In this document: one piece after another, positions 34,778-46,800 of the stretch | Position numbering within the stretch: the stretch's first letter is position 1 | Layout: every line of letters starts with the position of its first letter | Origin: Schmidtea polychroa | Lineage: Eukaryota | Direction of reading: 5' to 3' | Length of the DNA stretch: 64,000 nucleotides | Assembly: GCA_044892525.1 (NCBI GenBank) | Contig: CM097887.1 | Location: forward strand, 55,552,001 to 55,616,000 | Notes under the pieces: model-generated | Databases searched by the model: none | The model's input: only the letters and a program-made list of their open reading frames with translations | Told to the model about the DNA's origin: nothing | Program-made: the position numbers and the translations under genes

Positions 34778-36516
34778 GGAATATTTGAGAATGCGACCCC
34801 TCCTGAGTAAAACAGACCTTGTAATATAGTAGTGGATAAACAAATGATTCTTGTTGTCTAATGAATATGTGATCAAACTTTGTGATTGTCCAGAACCAGA
34901 CAGTCGGCAGAAAGGCGTTTGGGAAAACAATCTCGATAAGGGACCGAAATAAATCGGACACGTGCCTTCTATCGGCGTCCGTGAACCCATAGAGTGCTCG
35001 ACAATTATAGTGCTCGACAATTATAGTGCTCTTAACGCGCTCACTTTTTGCGAGTACTCAACCCCTTGGTACAGTACCAACGTTGATTGCTCAACGGGTA
35101 CCAAGAGGAAAACAAGGTTGTATTCTGGGTTACGCTGGTAACAGCACTTAAACATTCAACCACCTGTAACCCACCAATAGCATATGTTTTGAAATCAAGA
35201 TTATAATTTCAAATACTAATTATAATTTTAAATACTAATTAAGATTATTTATTTTGTAATTCTAAATAATAATTAGTCCCCGTAATATATTTTATTTTAA
35301 TGTACATGAACATCGAAACATGAAATAATATTCCAAAAAATTAATAAGATGCACAGTAATAATAATTGTCAAAAGCATAAACTAATGTACGTAGAACATA
35401 AGTCAATAATCGAATTCCAATGATAATCGTCACTGTTTTGACTTGTCCGGCTTTGGTTATCTGGGTTCCATGTAGATATTGACTCTGAACTTGTTGATAC
35501 CCGTTCTATAGTAGTGGGTCAGTTCGAATTCTTCAATTCTCCTTCCTCTGTCATCCAACATTACTTTAATAAAAAGAGCATATTTGTGCGACAAAAGTCA
35601 TAGAAAATTGTTTGAAAATTTATTTTATTAAAAGTTTTATGTACAAATATGAGCTTTGGGGTCTCAAAAAATACCCCGCAACCTCTACTAACCGTGAATA
35701 TATTAGTTTTAAACGAATTTTCCCATAATTATAATTAAAAAATAATAGTCGTATTATGTTAGGACTAATGTGGTAATCTTCATTTTGTGTTTAATCTTGC
35801 ACAAAAATGTCAAACATTCGAAAGGTCCTAAGACGGCTTCTGTTTTTCATTGATATTTCTTAGTGGAGAACCTAGTCTTATATTGTAACCAATATTTTAA
35901 TTTATTTTAATAATATATTTTAAATAATCGTGAAATGAATAATATTCAATAATTAAAGACTTTCTTAAATGCAAATTATTTTGTCAATCTTTGCTATGTT
36001 AGCGTTTGGAATTTGATATGTTTTATTGTGCATTTTAATTACTTTTCGATACCTCATTTTGCGATATTTAATATGTTTTCACAGATTTTTACTGAACTTT
36101 GTGTTCTAGCATACATATATTATAACAACTTTTTTCAATTTATACCACCGATTTCTTTTTATTTGACTGTATTTATTAAAAACTTGACTATGAATTATTA
36201 AATATATCGATTTTTTTATATTCTCGAATTTCGGCACTACCTTTTTCAAATGATATGTATAATTAGCACCTTTGATTCTGTTCCTACATAATTTTAACTT
36301 TTACTCAAATGAATGCTTTGAAAAATATTCTACAATTTTGCAATAATTGTGTTTAAACATTTAACATTTTTTCTACTGTACAATATAAAAACATGTAAAA
36401 ATATATAGCATAAGTCAGAGACGAATATTTTAAACAATCAATTTTTTATAAGTATAATATATCAATTAAACTTTAACTATTAATTCTTTTGTTTAAATAA
36501 TATTCAGTTTTCAGCT

Positions 36517-36997
36517 ATGGATTCGATTAATGATCAACATTTGTTTTGCAATGAAACTATTGATCGAGCATCTCCCGATTTATGGCCTGAACAAAGTACT
36601 TTCTTTATATTTAAAATTTTTTTTACTTTTTAAGTTCCCGGTATTACTGATCTAATTCCATCAAAACAAGTATTTTAAATTTTATATTTCTTATTTGACA
36701 CATTTTTAGACTGATTTAAATATAAATATTCCATCAAAATACAATACTGATTTAGATAAGGAAGATTTAGAAATGATTCATGGTTTGTGCTTGTCAAAAT
36801 TTCAATCGTTTAAATTATTTAGATTTTGGAAGTCTTTCTACCCAGCAATTAATGGATAAAATTAAACACTTACAAAATTTAGCATACCAACTTGGAGTGG
36901 AAGAAGGTTTATTCTAATATTTCTATAATTATATTTATTTTTTTTAGCTAAAGAAATGTCTAGGGGTAAATTATTAAATATCCTGAAAAAAAACTAA
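36517..36997 (+). CDS. LIN52: LIN-52 (DREAM/MuvB core subunit); exons 36517-36595, 36635-36669, 36710-36782, 36823-36906, 36948-36997
   Basis: The spliced translation contains DRASPDLWPEQIPG and FGSLSTQQLMDKIKHLQNLAYQLGVEEAKEMSRGKLLNIL. The GT-AG introns are 39, 40, 40 and 41 nt. Confidence 0.92.
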
Positions 36998-37488
36998 AAT
37001 GCTCTCATTGTAGTTAAATATAATTATTTTTATTATAAAATTTATTTGCATAAATTAGTCTGGAATACCTAAATATTTTATTATTCTGATTTGGAAGTCA
37101 ATTATGTTTTCTTGATGTTGTTAAGTGAAAATTAGTCTCTAAAAATATTTATAATTCAATGAAAATAAGGTGACATAATTTTTCTTTCGTTTTTAGCGAC
37201 ATCTTGCGTAAATGATCCAGAAATGTTAATCTGTTTAAAAATGATAACACAGCATTAAAGTAATTATGTTATGTTAAAGGTTTTATCGTATATATTCAAA
37301 ATAATATATCGAGATCAAATTAGAATTACCTTTTTCTCTATTCATTAGAATAAGTTTTTGAACATGTAAATGCATTGTTTCCTTTTAAATGGGAATCGAG
37401 CCATTAAAATTAGAAATAAAACTTGTTTCAAGATTTGTATCGAATTACGTTTGATTTTGTATTTTTGTGTTTCGTTCAATTATACTGA

Positions 37489-38657
37489 GTTTGGGCTCTA
37501 TTATTGACATCGCTAATGAATCTATAGAAATACAGCACGCATACATACCATTAAGCTAAATTAAAAACAGTTAAAACACCGACTAAACAAAATTAACAGA
37601 TTCTACATCACACAAAAGTAACACCCTAATAAAAAAGAAAAATCAAACAAAAGCGAAATGAAATCTACTCTAATATAACATGAATACATATAAACAGTAA
37701 ACAAATTTGAATTAACAGCGATAAAAATAAATAAGAACGGGAATTAGAAAGATTTCTATAACAACAGCAGAAAAAAATAAAAAACCGGAACAATTAGCAA
37801 AAATAGCGACTAACAAAAAAATTAACATCTTAAAAGTAAAATTAATAAAATGTAAGAAGAATTAACAGAAATCACTAAATAACAAGAATTATATATTGAA
37901 AAATATAAATTTCATCATGGAATGAACTAGAAGCGTCCATTTCTAGCATGGCTGCAGATCTATAAAAAATAAATCAAAAATAAAATTTAGAAAATGAAAT
38001 TAAAAATAATTTACAAAAAATCGCCATTAAAATTGATAAAAATTAACACTCAAAATTAAATTTTGTTTTTATGAATCTACACACACACCAAAATTAGAGT
38101 ATTTGCATTTAAGAAAGTCTGTAATAATTGAATGTATCTGGAGATGACGAGAAGATCCTTTTAGAACAAAATGCATTTCGGCCAGAAATCACTTATGCTT
38201 AATTGTTGAAATTTTGAGACAATATTTTCTGACAATTTTTGTTTTTGAAATTAAGGGGAATTAATTCAATTTTATGATAATTTTTGTTATTATTTATTTC
38301 TTTTATTTTTATTCATAGGTGACAAGGTCGTAAGATTAGTCTGAGTTTACCGTTTTATTTAGAGAAACGAGATCCCCTCAGTCCTGGATTTTTCTTTTCC
38401 GGCATACAGGCAACCATACACACTAGACAGCAAAGTTTCGTAGTGTTACCGACATGTATAGCAGGTGCTGCGGGGTTCCCAACATAGACAATGACTCCGA
38501 TGGGCATCTTCGATGTTAGACTAAACTCTATTAAATCGACCGTGGCTACAATGGGCTTTTGGGTCGGCTGCAACTGTGGCATGCACACAATAATAAGGTT
38601 TGCCGTACCGAGTATAGTAGGCCGATGCATCGAACAATTTGATTGATTAATTATACA
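37489..38657 (+). repeat. Fragment D: diverged 5' part of a TGTTGG-family element
   Basis: Same block order as A and B: an A-rich tract, GGAATG...CATGG, AAAATCGCCATTAAAATTG, TTTGTTTTTATGAATC. Confidence 0.55.
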
Positions 38658-40720
38658 TGTTTGGCTAGAACTGATTTCTAAACTCATATCTTAGAATAGT
38701 GACGGAATATGCCGGTACACAACATACATACCTAGCTTTAAGTTTAATTAAATTTAAATATATAAAACACCGAATAAACAATAATAATAAGGAGAACAAC
38801 ACACAAAACTTAAAACATCCAACTAATAAATTAAAACACAGCAAGAAGTATTGCACAAAAATTTATTCAAATATCCGAGAAACATAAAACAATAAAAACA
38901 AATTCGAATAAAGGCAAATAATAAAAAGAAAAAAGAAAAATTTCATAAAAACCTTATGTAAAGAAAATTATATAAAAGTTTTTGAATAATAATTAGAACA
39001 ATCCAAAAAATGGCGAAATACATCATGGCCGTCAAACGACCTAATAAAATTTATAAAAAATAAATATTTTAGTTTAAAATAGAAAAATTTTCGAAAAGAA
39101 TTCACAAAAAAAACATTCCATGTTAAATTTTCAGGGGTTTTCATTATTATATTCCCATGTTTTCATTCTTATATTCCCATGAAATTGATATTATTTAAAT
39201 TCATGACAAAATATATTTAATCAGGTGAATATACAAATAATAGGTTATTCTTTCTTAAATATATAAATCGTTGAAACCAGAATTATTCAATCAAAATCTT
39301 AAAAACTTAATTAATTTTATAAATGGAGAGGAAAACAAGAAAAACTGTAACTCGAGAATTATTTGATTTGGTTTGCACTTTATATGCAACATATCGACAT
39401 AGTATAGCTGAGATCAGCAGAATAGTAAGTCTAGAGAGAAAGACTGTCGGGAAAATAATAAGACAGCACGAAAATAATGAACCTTTTGTTCCTGCTGCAT
39501 AGTGAAGGTCTAACACAATCTTTAGCAAAAACAACAATTTCGCAGAAGTAGAACAGACCATTTTCAACTCTTTTGCTATCGAAAATTCGCATATTCAAAA
39601 CGAGGTCAAAAATATCATTCAAGAAAGACATAATGTGACTATAGGCTTGCCTAAAATCAGTTGAAGAATCAGAAAAATAGGATTGAGTAGAAAGAGGTTG
39701 ATGCTCTAGCAATTTATGCATCTCAAATATCCAGAATAAACAATGAAAATATAATTTTTTTGGATGAAACTAGATTTAATCAACATTCACATAGATATTA
39801 TGGTTATTCTGCTGAAAATGTTAAAGCATATGTGCAAGTGCGGGCCAATAAAGGCACTAATATAAGTTTAATGTGTGCTGTTGGGTATGAAGGTGTGATA
39901 GCATATGAATATAAAACTGGTGCATATAACTCAGAAAGTTTTATAAACTATATTAATGAGAAGCTATCGCCATATTTTAGAAGGTATCCTCATAAAATTT
40001 TGGTTATGGACAATGCGAGAATTCACAAATCTTCGACCGTATTGCGAACTTTTTCGGATTTGCAAATACTAATAAAATATCTTGTGCCTTATTCACCAGA
40101 ACTTAACCCAATAGAAGAATTTTTTTCTATGATTAAATCACGTTTTCATGGTTTACAATTAAATAACACAGAAAAAACAATCGAAGTGTGTTTAGATGAT
40201 CTATTAACAGCAGGAACGGATTATTCTAATCAATGCGAGGGTTTTTATCTGAATATGCGTAGGTGGCTAGATAAAGCTTTAAGAAGAGAAATGTTTATAT
40301 AAATAAATATTTATACGCTTTATTTTTGTTTATAAATTGTTTTGATAGTTTCTTATTTATATAAATATTTAAATATATGTTAACATTTATTTATTTTTAT
40401 GGGAATATAATAATGAAAACATGGGAATATAAGAATGAAAACATGTGTAATCTATCTCTAATGCCTATATCCAAATTTAATAAAAAATAATTCAAAAATA
40501 AAATTTTGAAAAATAAAACAAAAATTATTACTTTAAAATCGCCATCAAAATTGATAAAAATTAAGAATCGAATGTTCTAGAATTAAAATAATTCGAGTTT
40601 GTTTTACTGCATCATTGTACACACACTTACTTGCACACCAACAATAGGGTATATATGCCGACACATTTTATTCACAAGTTACTCTTTTATGCCAAAGTTC
40701 TTTTCTAATTTGATCAACTG
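38658..40720 (+). repeat. Fragment E: 5' part of a TGTTGG-family element, interrupted by a Tc1-like transposon
   Basis: Starts TGTTTGGCTAGAACTGATTTCTA. Contains AAAAAATGGCG...CATCAT. Resumes after 40449 with AAAATCGCCATC and AATTCGAGTTTGTTTT. Confidence 0.7.
39138..40449 (+). mobile_element. Tc1/IS630-like DD34E transposon, decayed (transposase remnant 39323-40302)
   Basis: An N-terminal HTH remnant precedes FLDET...VMDNARIHK...PYSPELNPIEE, with 34 residues between D and E. Inverted ends are built from 22-bp TTTTCATT(A/C)TTATATTCCCATG units. The right end is followed by TA. Confidence 0.85.
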
Positions 40721-40905
40721 AATCAACAATTTAAGAGTAAGGCCATTGTCTATTTTTCTTTTATGTTGCTAGGTTATATTGTTAATATTAAATTACAATA
40801 ATCAGGGGTTTAATGATTTTTTTTTGTTATTTTGTTCGGTTTTGTGCAAGAGTGACTAGAATCTTGGTGTACATTCGATACAAGGGACCTAGTCAGCCTT
40901 GTTCC

Positions 40906-41605
40906 CATTGCAAGATTTACGTATAGGCTACACGGGCTATAGCCTAGGGCCCTTGTTTTCTCAGGGCCCCAAAAAGTGTCCCAATGAGAAATTGTCATGT
41001 CGTCTTAAAGATATTGCAGAATTATTTTTCGTACTGCCGCATGTCTGAAACGTCCCATACTCTTAATCCAATTCTTTTAGGACGTCAATTCGAAGAACAA
41101 ATGCAAAGCCTTATTATGCTTAGGGTTTGTTTAGCCATAATTATAACAACCGAGATTACTGATAAATTTCAACGGCTTCTGAATTTAGAACAACAATGAT
41201 TCAAGATAAATTTTGTTCCCTCAGTCTCATGTATATAGAAAGTGACAAACCGCACAGTTCATCATTCTTTGCTCACAGTGACTTTGCTCAGGCAAAGGCA
41301 AGAAAGAAAATATTTATTTAATATAATTCCTTAATTCTCATAGCATTTTTCAAGAGATTAGATAATAAGCCTTATTAAATTGTTTTTTTTAAAAGATCTT
41401 TTTCTTCTTTTTACCAGAGTTTGCATTTTTAAGTTTGTTATGAATAAAAATGATTTTAAATTAAAGATTTATTATTTCACTTCTTAATTGTATTTCATGT
41501 ATCCGAAAATCATATTTGGTGCTTAGATATGATATCTGGTCTTATAAAGGGCTCCATATATCAAATAGCCTAGGGTACTGCTTGTACCTAATACATTCAG
41601 CATTG
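40906..41605 (+). mobile_element. Non-autonomous hAT remnant
   Basis: TAGCCTAGGG motifs lie near both ends, with degenerate CAGTGCCGGATTTA-type TIRs and a hATC-like remnant (...TTMIQDK...DFAQAKARK). Confidence 0.5.
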
Positions 41606-41607
41606 TT

Positions 41608-42340
41608 TGTTGGGTCCAAAACCCACAACGACTTGTTAGGTCTACGACCTAGCACGCATCTAAATTGAATTTTCTTCACCAGGGGACGCCACAAACTACA
41701 TTATTCGGTCCATAGAGTTGTGGGGCAATTTCCTCATTGCGACTATGCGGGCTAGTAAACTATCATAAATAATGGGTTCGACATTACAGCGCTTTTGTTA
41801 TAATCTCGACCAGCACACAACAAAAGGGCCTACCGTACCGAGCTTAGTGTAGCCGGGAAAGTAGGTCAATTTTAATTAATTCGACCTTTTGTTAAATTAC
41901 ACACGTAACTTCACACTTAGAATATCCTATTTACACAACCTAGTAATTTATAAATTGTGAATATCCCCTGAATCAAATTTTCACAATACTCATTCAAAAA
42001 ATGTAGGCGACTACTTTCTAATAAATCACGTATTTTTCCAATATCATTTTTACTAAAATAACAGGAAAATCCTACCCAAATGTTTTAAAACTTAGAAAAT
42101 TGGGACTACACACCCCTTTCTGGACCAAGCTTAAGAACTCCACGAGTAGCATGTTATAACATGTACGAATTCATTCACACTTAATACTAATTTTTCTTAA
42201 CTGTAAGCTAGGTTTCAGATGGAATCCCCATAACTATCAAGTTTATAAAAATAATTTAGGTATATGAATTTTAATCATTCAGTCTAACGAAAATAAAAAT
42301 ACACGAATCTTACTCATCGTCTAAAAATGTTTTTTTTCTC
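41608..42340 (+). repeat. Fragment F: diverged TGTTGG-family piece
   Basis: Starts TGTTGGGTCC. Shares CCGTACCGAG with D and ATCCCCTGAATCAAATTTT with the C repeats. The right boundary is uncertain. Confidence 0.4.
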
Positions 42341-42590
42341 ATAATCTACCCATACGCTATTCCTTTTTACCCCTAAACTTATAAGGAAGTTGATCAGAGC
42401 TTATAAGGTTAATTTTAATATACTTAAAAAAGCCACAATGCAAAAAAATAACCCAATTAATTATTTATTTTTATCAAAATATTTTTTTACAAATAAATAA
42501 TAGTACAAATGTACGAATTACGTAATAAAATCAAAACCAAAACTATTATTCGATTGATAACTCAAAAGCTATGCGCGCACACCATCGTTA

Positions 42591-43793
42591 TCATTCTGAT
42601 TCAATGCCTGATTCAACAGCCTCTTGTTGGGGATATTCTATTTTATAACTATGGAAACCTTGGGGAGGAATAAACTGGAAAATAATTGAAAAAAATAAAA
42701 AATTTTTGATCGGAGAAAAAAACTTACATTCGTTCTGAAATCCTCCAAAGTTTTGTATTTCTCCAATAACTTTTTAATTTTTGAGTGAACTTCCAGTTTT
42801 TTCCCACTATATTTCAGGAAAGCCCAAAATTTCTCCAATCCATACAAATGATTGCTTTCAAGGTCTTTCAAGACATTTTTCTGAAAATTGGCCAATCAAA
42901 TCAACGGATTACAATATTAACTCGGATTTTTTACTTGAAAATCTTGAAATTGTTGCTCATTGAAATGTTTTTTCTGCTCCAATTTGTATGTAAACATTCG
43001 AAATAGGCACTCAACTCCGTAGCGATAGCCTTTCATGGCATCTTCCCAGGCATACTTTTGGAACTCTTCATACATTCTTTTGCTTTTATTTTCCCGGAGG
43101 AAAAATGACCAAAACCGAAACAAAGTATTCATTTCCTTGAGACATATTTCATGTTTTCATATATTGATTTATAGCTATGTTTATACCTGACTTCGTCCAA
43201 TGCCTCTTCGTTCCCTATCTGCCAATGATTCTTTTCTAAATACATTGTAGAACTTTATCTCAAATCCATTTTCCTGTAATAATATTTGACTGGGATGATC
43301 ATTGAAAGGTATCGGTATTCCATGAGCAACAGCATAACCGGCATCATTATACTGACTATATGTGCTATATGCGGAATATATAAATATATAGTAATATATA
43401 TATATAGTACTATTTGAAAAACAATATATAAGGTACACAATATTTTGGCACATCCATCCATTAAAAAAAAATTTAAAATAAAATTAATATTAAAGTAAAA
43501 TTAAATTAAAATTAAATTAAAATTAATATTNNNNNNNNNNNNNNNNNNNNNNNNNNNNNNNNNNNNNNNNNNNNNNNNNNNNNNNNNNNNNNNNNNNNNN
43601 NNNNNNNNNNNNNNNNNNNNNNNNNNNNNNNNNNNNNNNNNNNNNNNNNNNNNNNNNNNNNNNNNNNNNNNNNNNNNNNNNNNNNNNNNNNNNNNNNNNN
43701 NNNNNNNNNNNNNNNNNNNNNNNNNNNNNNNNNNNNNNNNNNNNNNNNNNNNNNNTTAAAATTAATATTAAAATTAATATTAAAATTAATATT

Positions 43794-43840
<47 letters not shown>

Positions 43841-46800
43841 ACAATATTTTGTCACAACCATCCATTAATAAAAAAAATTAAAATTAAATTAAAATTAATA
43901 TTAAAATTAATATTAAAATTATATTAAAATTAATATTAAAATTAATATTAAAATTAATATTAAAATTAATATTAAAATTAATATTAATATTAATATTAAA
44001 ATTATATTAAAATTAATATTAAAATTAAAATTAATATTTAAATTAATATTAAAATTAATAATAAAATTAATATTAAAATTATATTAAAATTAATATTAAA
44101 ATTAATATTTAAATTAATATTAAAATTAATATTAAAATTAATATTAAAATTAATATTAAAATTATATTAAAATTAATATTAAAATTAAAATTAATATTTA
44201 AATTAATATTTAAATTAATATTAAAATTAATATTAAAATTAATATTAAAATTTATAAACCGAGAATTATAAAACCGTCCAATTAATATTGAATCAATAAA
44301 ATAAGCTTCTAACCTTCCTGAAACAGTTCTCCTGCGACTGTTAAAATATCCACCACTATAAGCATAACCAACATCATATTCCACAACAGGATTACAGCTG
44401 GCTCTCGTTTTATCTTTCAGTTTATCTTTAGCTGGACCAACTTTAGTAACTGGATAGAAACCGACTTTACAAGCCCGTTTGGGTTTCTTGATTTCTTTGC
44501 GAACATCATTTATAAGTATTGATTGTGCAGGTTCACTTATCGCTAATTTCGAGCGGGATTCCTCGGCAATTCTATTTGCATCTGCATTAGCGTCACCATC
44601 TATTTTCGATTGATATATATTTGCAGTTTTATCGAATGTTGTCGAATTGCCAATATTAAGATATTGATATTGCACATTTTCCAATAGTTTATCAAGCCAT
44701 TGGTTGACAGAATCGCTGATTGTGAACGGTGGACTCCAGGAATCGAATTGAACGGGATTCATAACGCTACTAGTGCTTGATTCCACTAAGAAGTCACAAT
44801 TAATATTGATTTCTTTTGGTAACGGTTTGAAAATCATAATATTAACACTTTTTTGTTTCATAACTTCAACTTTCTGTTCTATCGGTATGATTGATGTTGG
44901 TAAGTTTGGGTCATCCGTTCCTTCGGAATTATCGTTATTTTGAAAGCTTTTTTGCATTAATTTAAATGTTTTCTCATCTTGGCATATTTGCACCTGATTA
45001 TTGAAATTAATAAATAATACGTAAATAATACATGCATAATAAATAAAAAAATTAATAATAATTAATATATAAATAAATAAATAAATTATAAAAATATTAA
45101 ATAAATGAATAATATATAAATATTATTTAAATAATAAATAAACAATATAAAAAAATTAATTATAAATATAAATAATGAATTATAAAAAATTAATAAATAA
45201 TAAATAAAAAAATAATAATCAATAATACAACATAAAAAAAATATTTATAAATATAAATAATGAAAATTGAAAAATTAATAAATAATTAATAATAAATAAT
45301 CAATAAATAATAAAATAATGATTAATTAATATATAAATAAAGGGTGGTATTAACTGTTTGCTGTTCATCATTATTTATTTTTAGTTAATAAAAATGAATG
45401 GAGAATCTAAGTCTTTTGAAATGGTTGCATTTTTCTAGAGAAGAGTGACTAACTCACCTAATGTTAGTGGCTTTGAGTTTGACCTTTTTAAGTTTGAAGA
45501 AAGTTAAAAATTTGTCTATCATTTGGAATTTCAATTTCAGTATGTAAAAGCTTCTCTTTAAACAAATTCTGGCTGATGAGCAGCTTTTTTATGGCTTCCT
45601 TTGTTGCTGGATTAATCCCTCTTTGGGTTATGTTTTCTAAGATTTCATCATGATTGTAATTGCATGTGGTTTCAAAGTGGACAACACCATGACTACATTG
45701 TGGTCCTCTTTTTCCTGACAAGATTACAACGGTACAACTCTGCGTAAATCTCTGGTGTCATATGCTTTATCAAATGACCAAAGTTTGTTTCTTGAGAGCC
45801 TTTAAACTGCTTGATCTCTAATTTGAAAAAACTGAATTGCATCCCAATTTTTAAACAATTTGGTTTTTCTGGCAACAGGTTCAGTGTCTGAGTCTGAAAT
45901 ATCTTCATCAAAATGGAATTCACTACTGTTGTTCAGTTTGTTTCTTGTTTTTAAATTTAATTTAATTCTCTTTGATAATTAATTTATCTACCCCATTAAA
46001 TTTTTTTCGAGTTAATTAAATTCATTTATGTGCCTAATTAATAAATCCATGAGAGCATCAATTTCTTGATGTCAAATAATTAATTAATAAATATTAATAA
46101 AAAAATAATTAATAAATAATAGTAATAAATAAAAAATATAAATAATTAATAATATATGAATAATAAATAAAAAATAATGATTAATTAATATATAAATAAT
46201 ATCAAAACAATATTAAAAAAATTAATTATAAATAAAAAGAATAAATAATAAATAAATAGTAATAATAATAATAATTAAATAATATTAATAAATAAAAATA
46301 AATAAAAAATAATGATTAATTAATATATAAATAACAACTAATCAATATTAAAAAAATTAATTATGAAAATAAATAATGAATAATAAATAAATAATTAATG
46401 AATAATATATGAATAAATAAAAAATAATTATAAATTAATATATAAATAATATCAAAAAATATTAAAAAAATTAATTATAAATATAAATAATGAATAATAA
46501 ATAATAATTATAAATTAATATATAAATAATATCAAAACAATATTAAAAAAATTAATTATAAATATAAATAATGAATAATAAATAAATAATAATAAAAAAA
46601 TAATTAAATAATATTAATAAATAAAAAATATAAATAATGAATAATAAATATATAATATATAAATTATTCATGAATAATATGAATAATAAATAAAAAATAA
46701 TTATTAATTAATATATAAATAATAACTAAGCAATATTAAAAAAATTAATTATAAATATAAATAATGAATAATACATAAATAATAATAAAATTAAAAAAAA

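Larger units (their letters stand above)
24994..35176 (+). mobile_element. Element A: TG...CA element with 4-bp TSD (ATAG), two conserved ORFs, an extra cargo ORF and nested element C
   Basis: ATAG|TGTTGGGCTAG...GTAACCCACCA|ATAG. Colinear with element B: about 90% identical over the first ~700 bp by eye, with shared ORFs and 3' end. The flanks of A and B are unrelated. Confidence 0.85.

Noticed and set aside
34525-35020. Overlapping minus-strand ORFs (also 61593-61936, 62117-62862)
   Set aside because: Antisense shadows of the GC-richer element ORFs; the frames are not conserved between A and B.
35400-35570. GC-richer patch (also 37150-37470) that could be exons of another small gene
   Set aside because: No consistent open frame or recognisable motif; cannot be supported.
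43434-43875. Apparent duplicated exon MDGC(A/D)KILCT on either side of the gap
   Set aside because: The ORFs run into Ns and satellite. It is probably an intronic repeat unit or a haplotype overlap at the scaffold gap.
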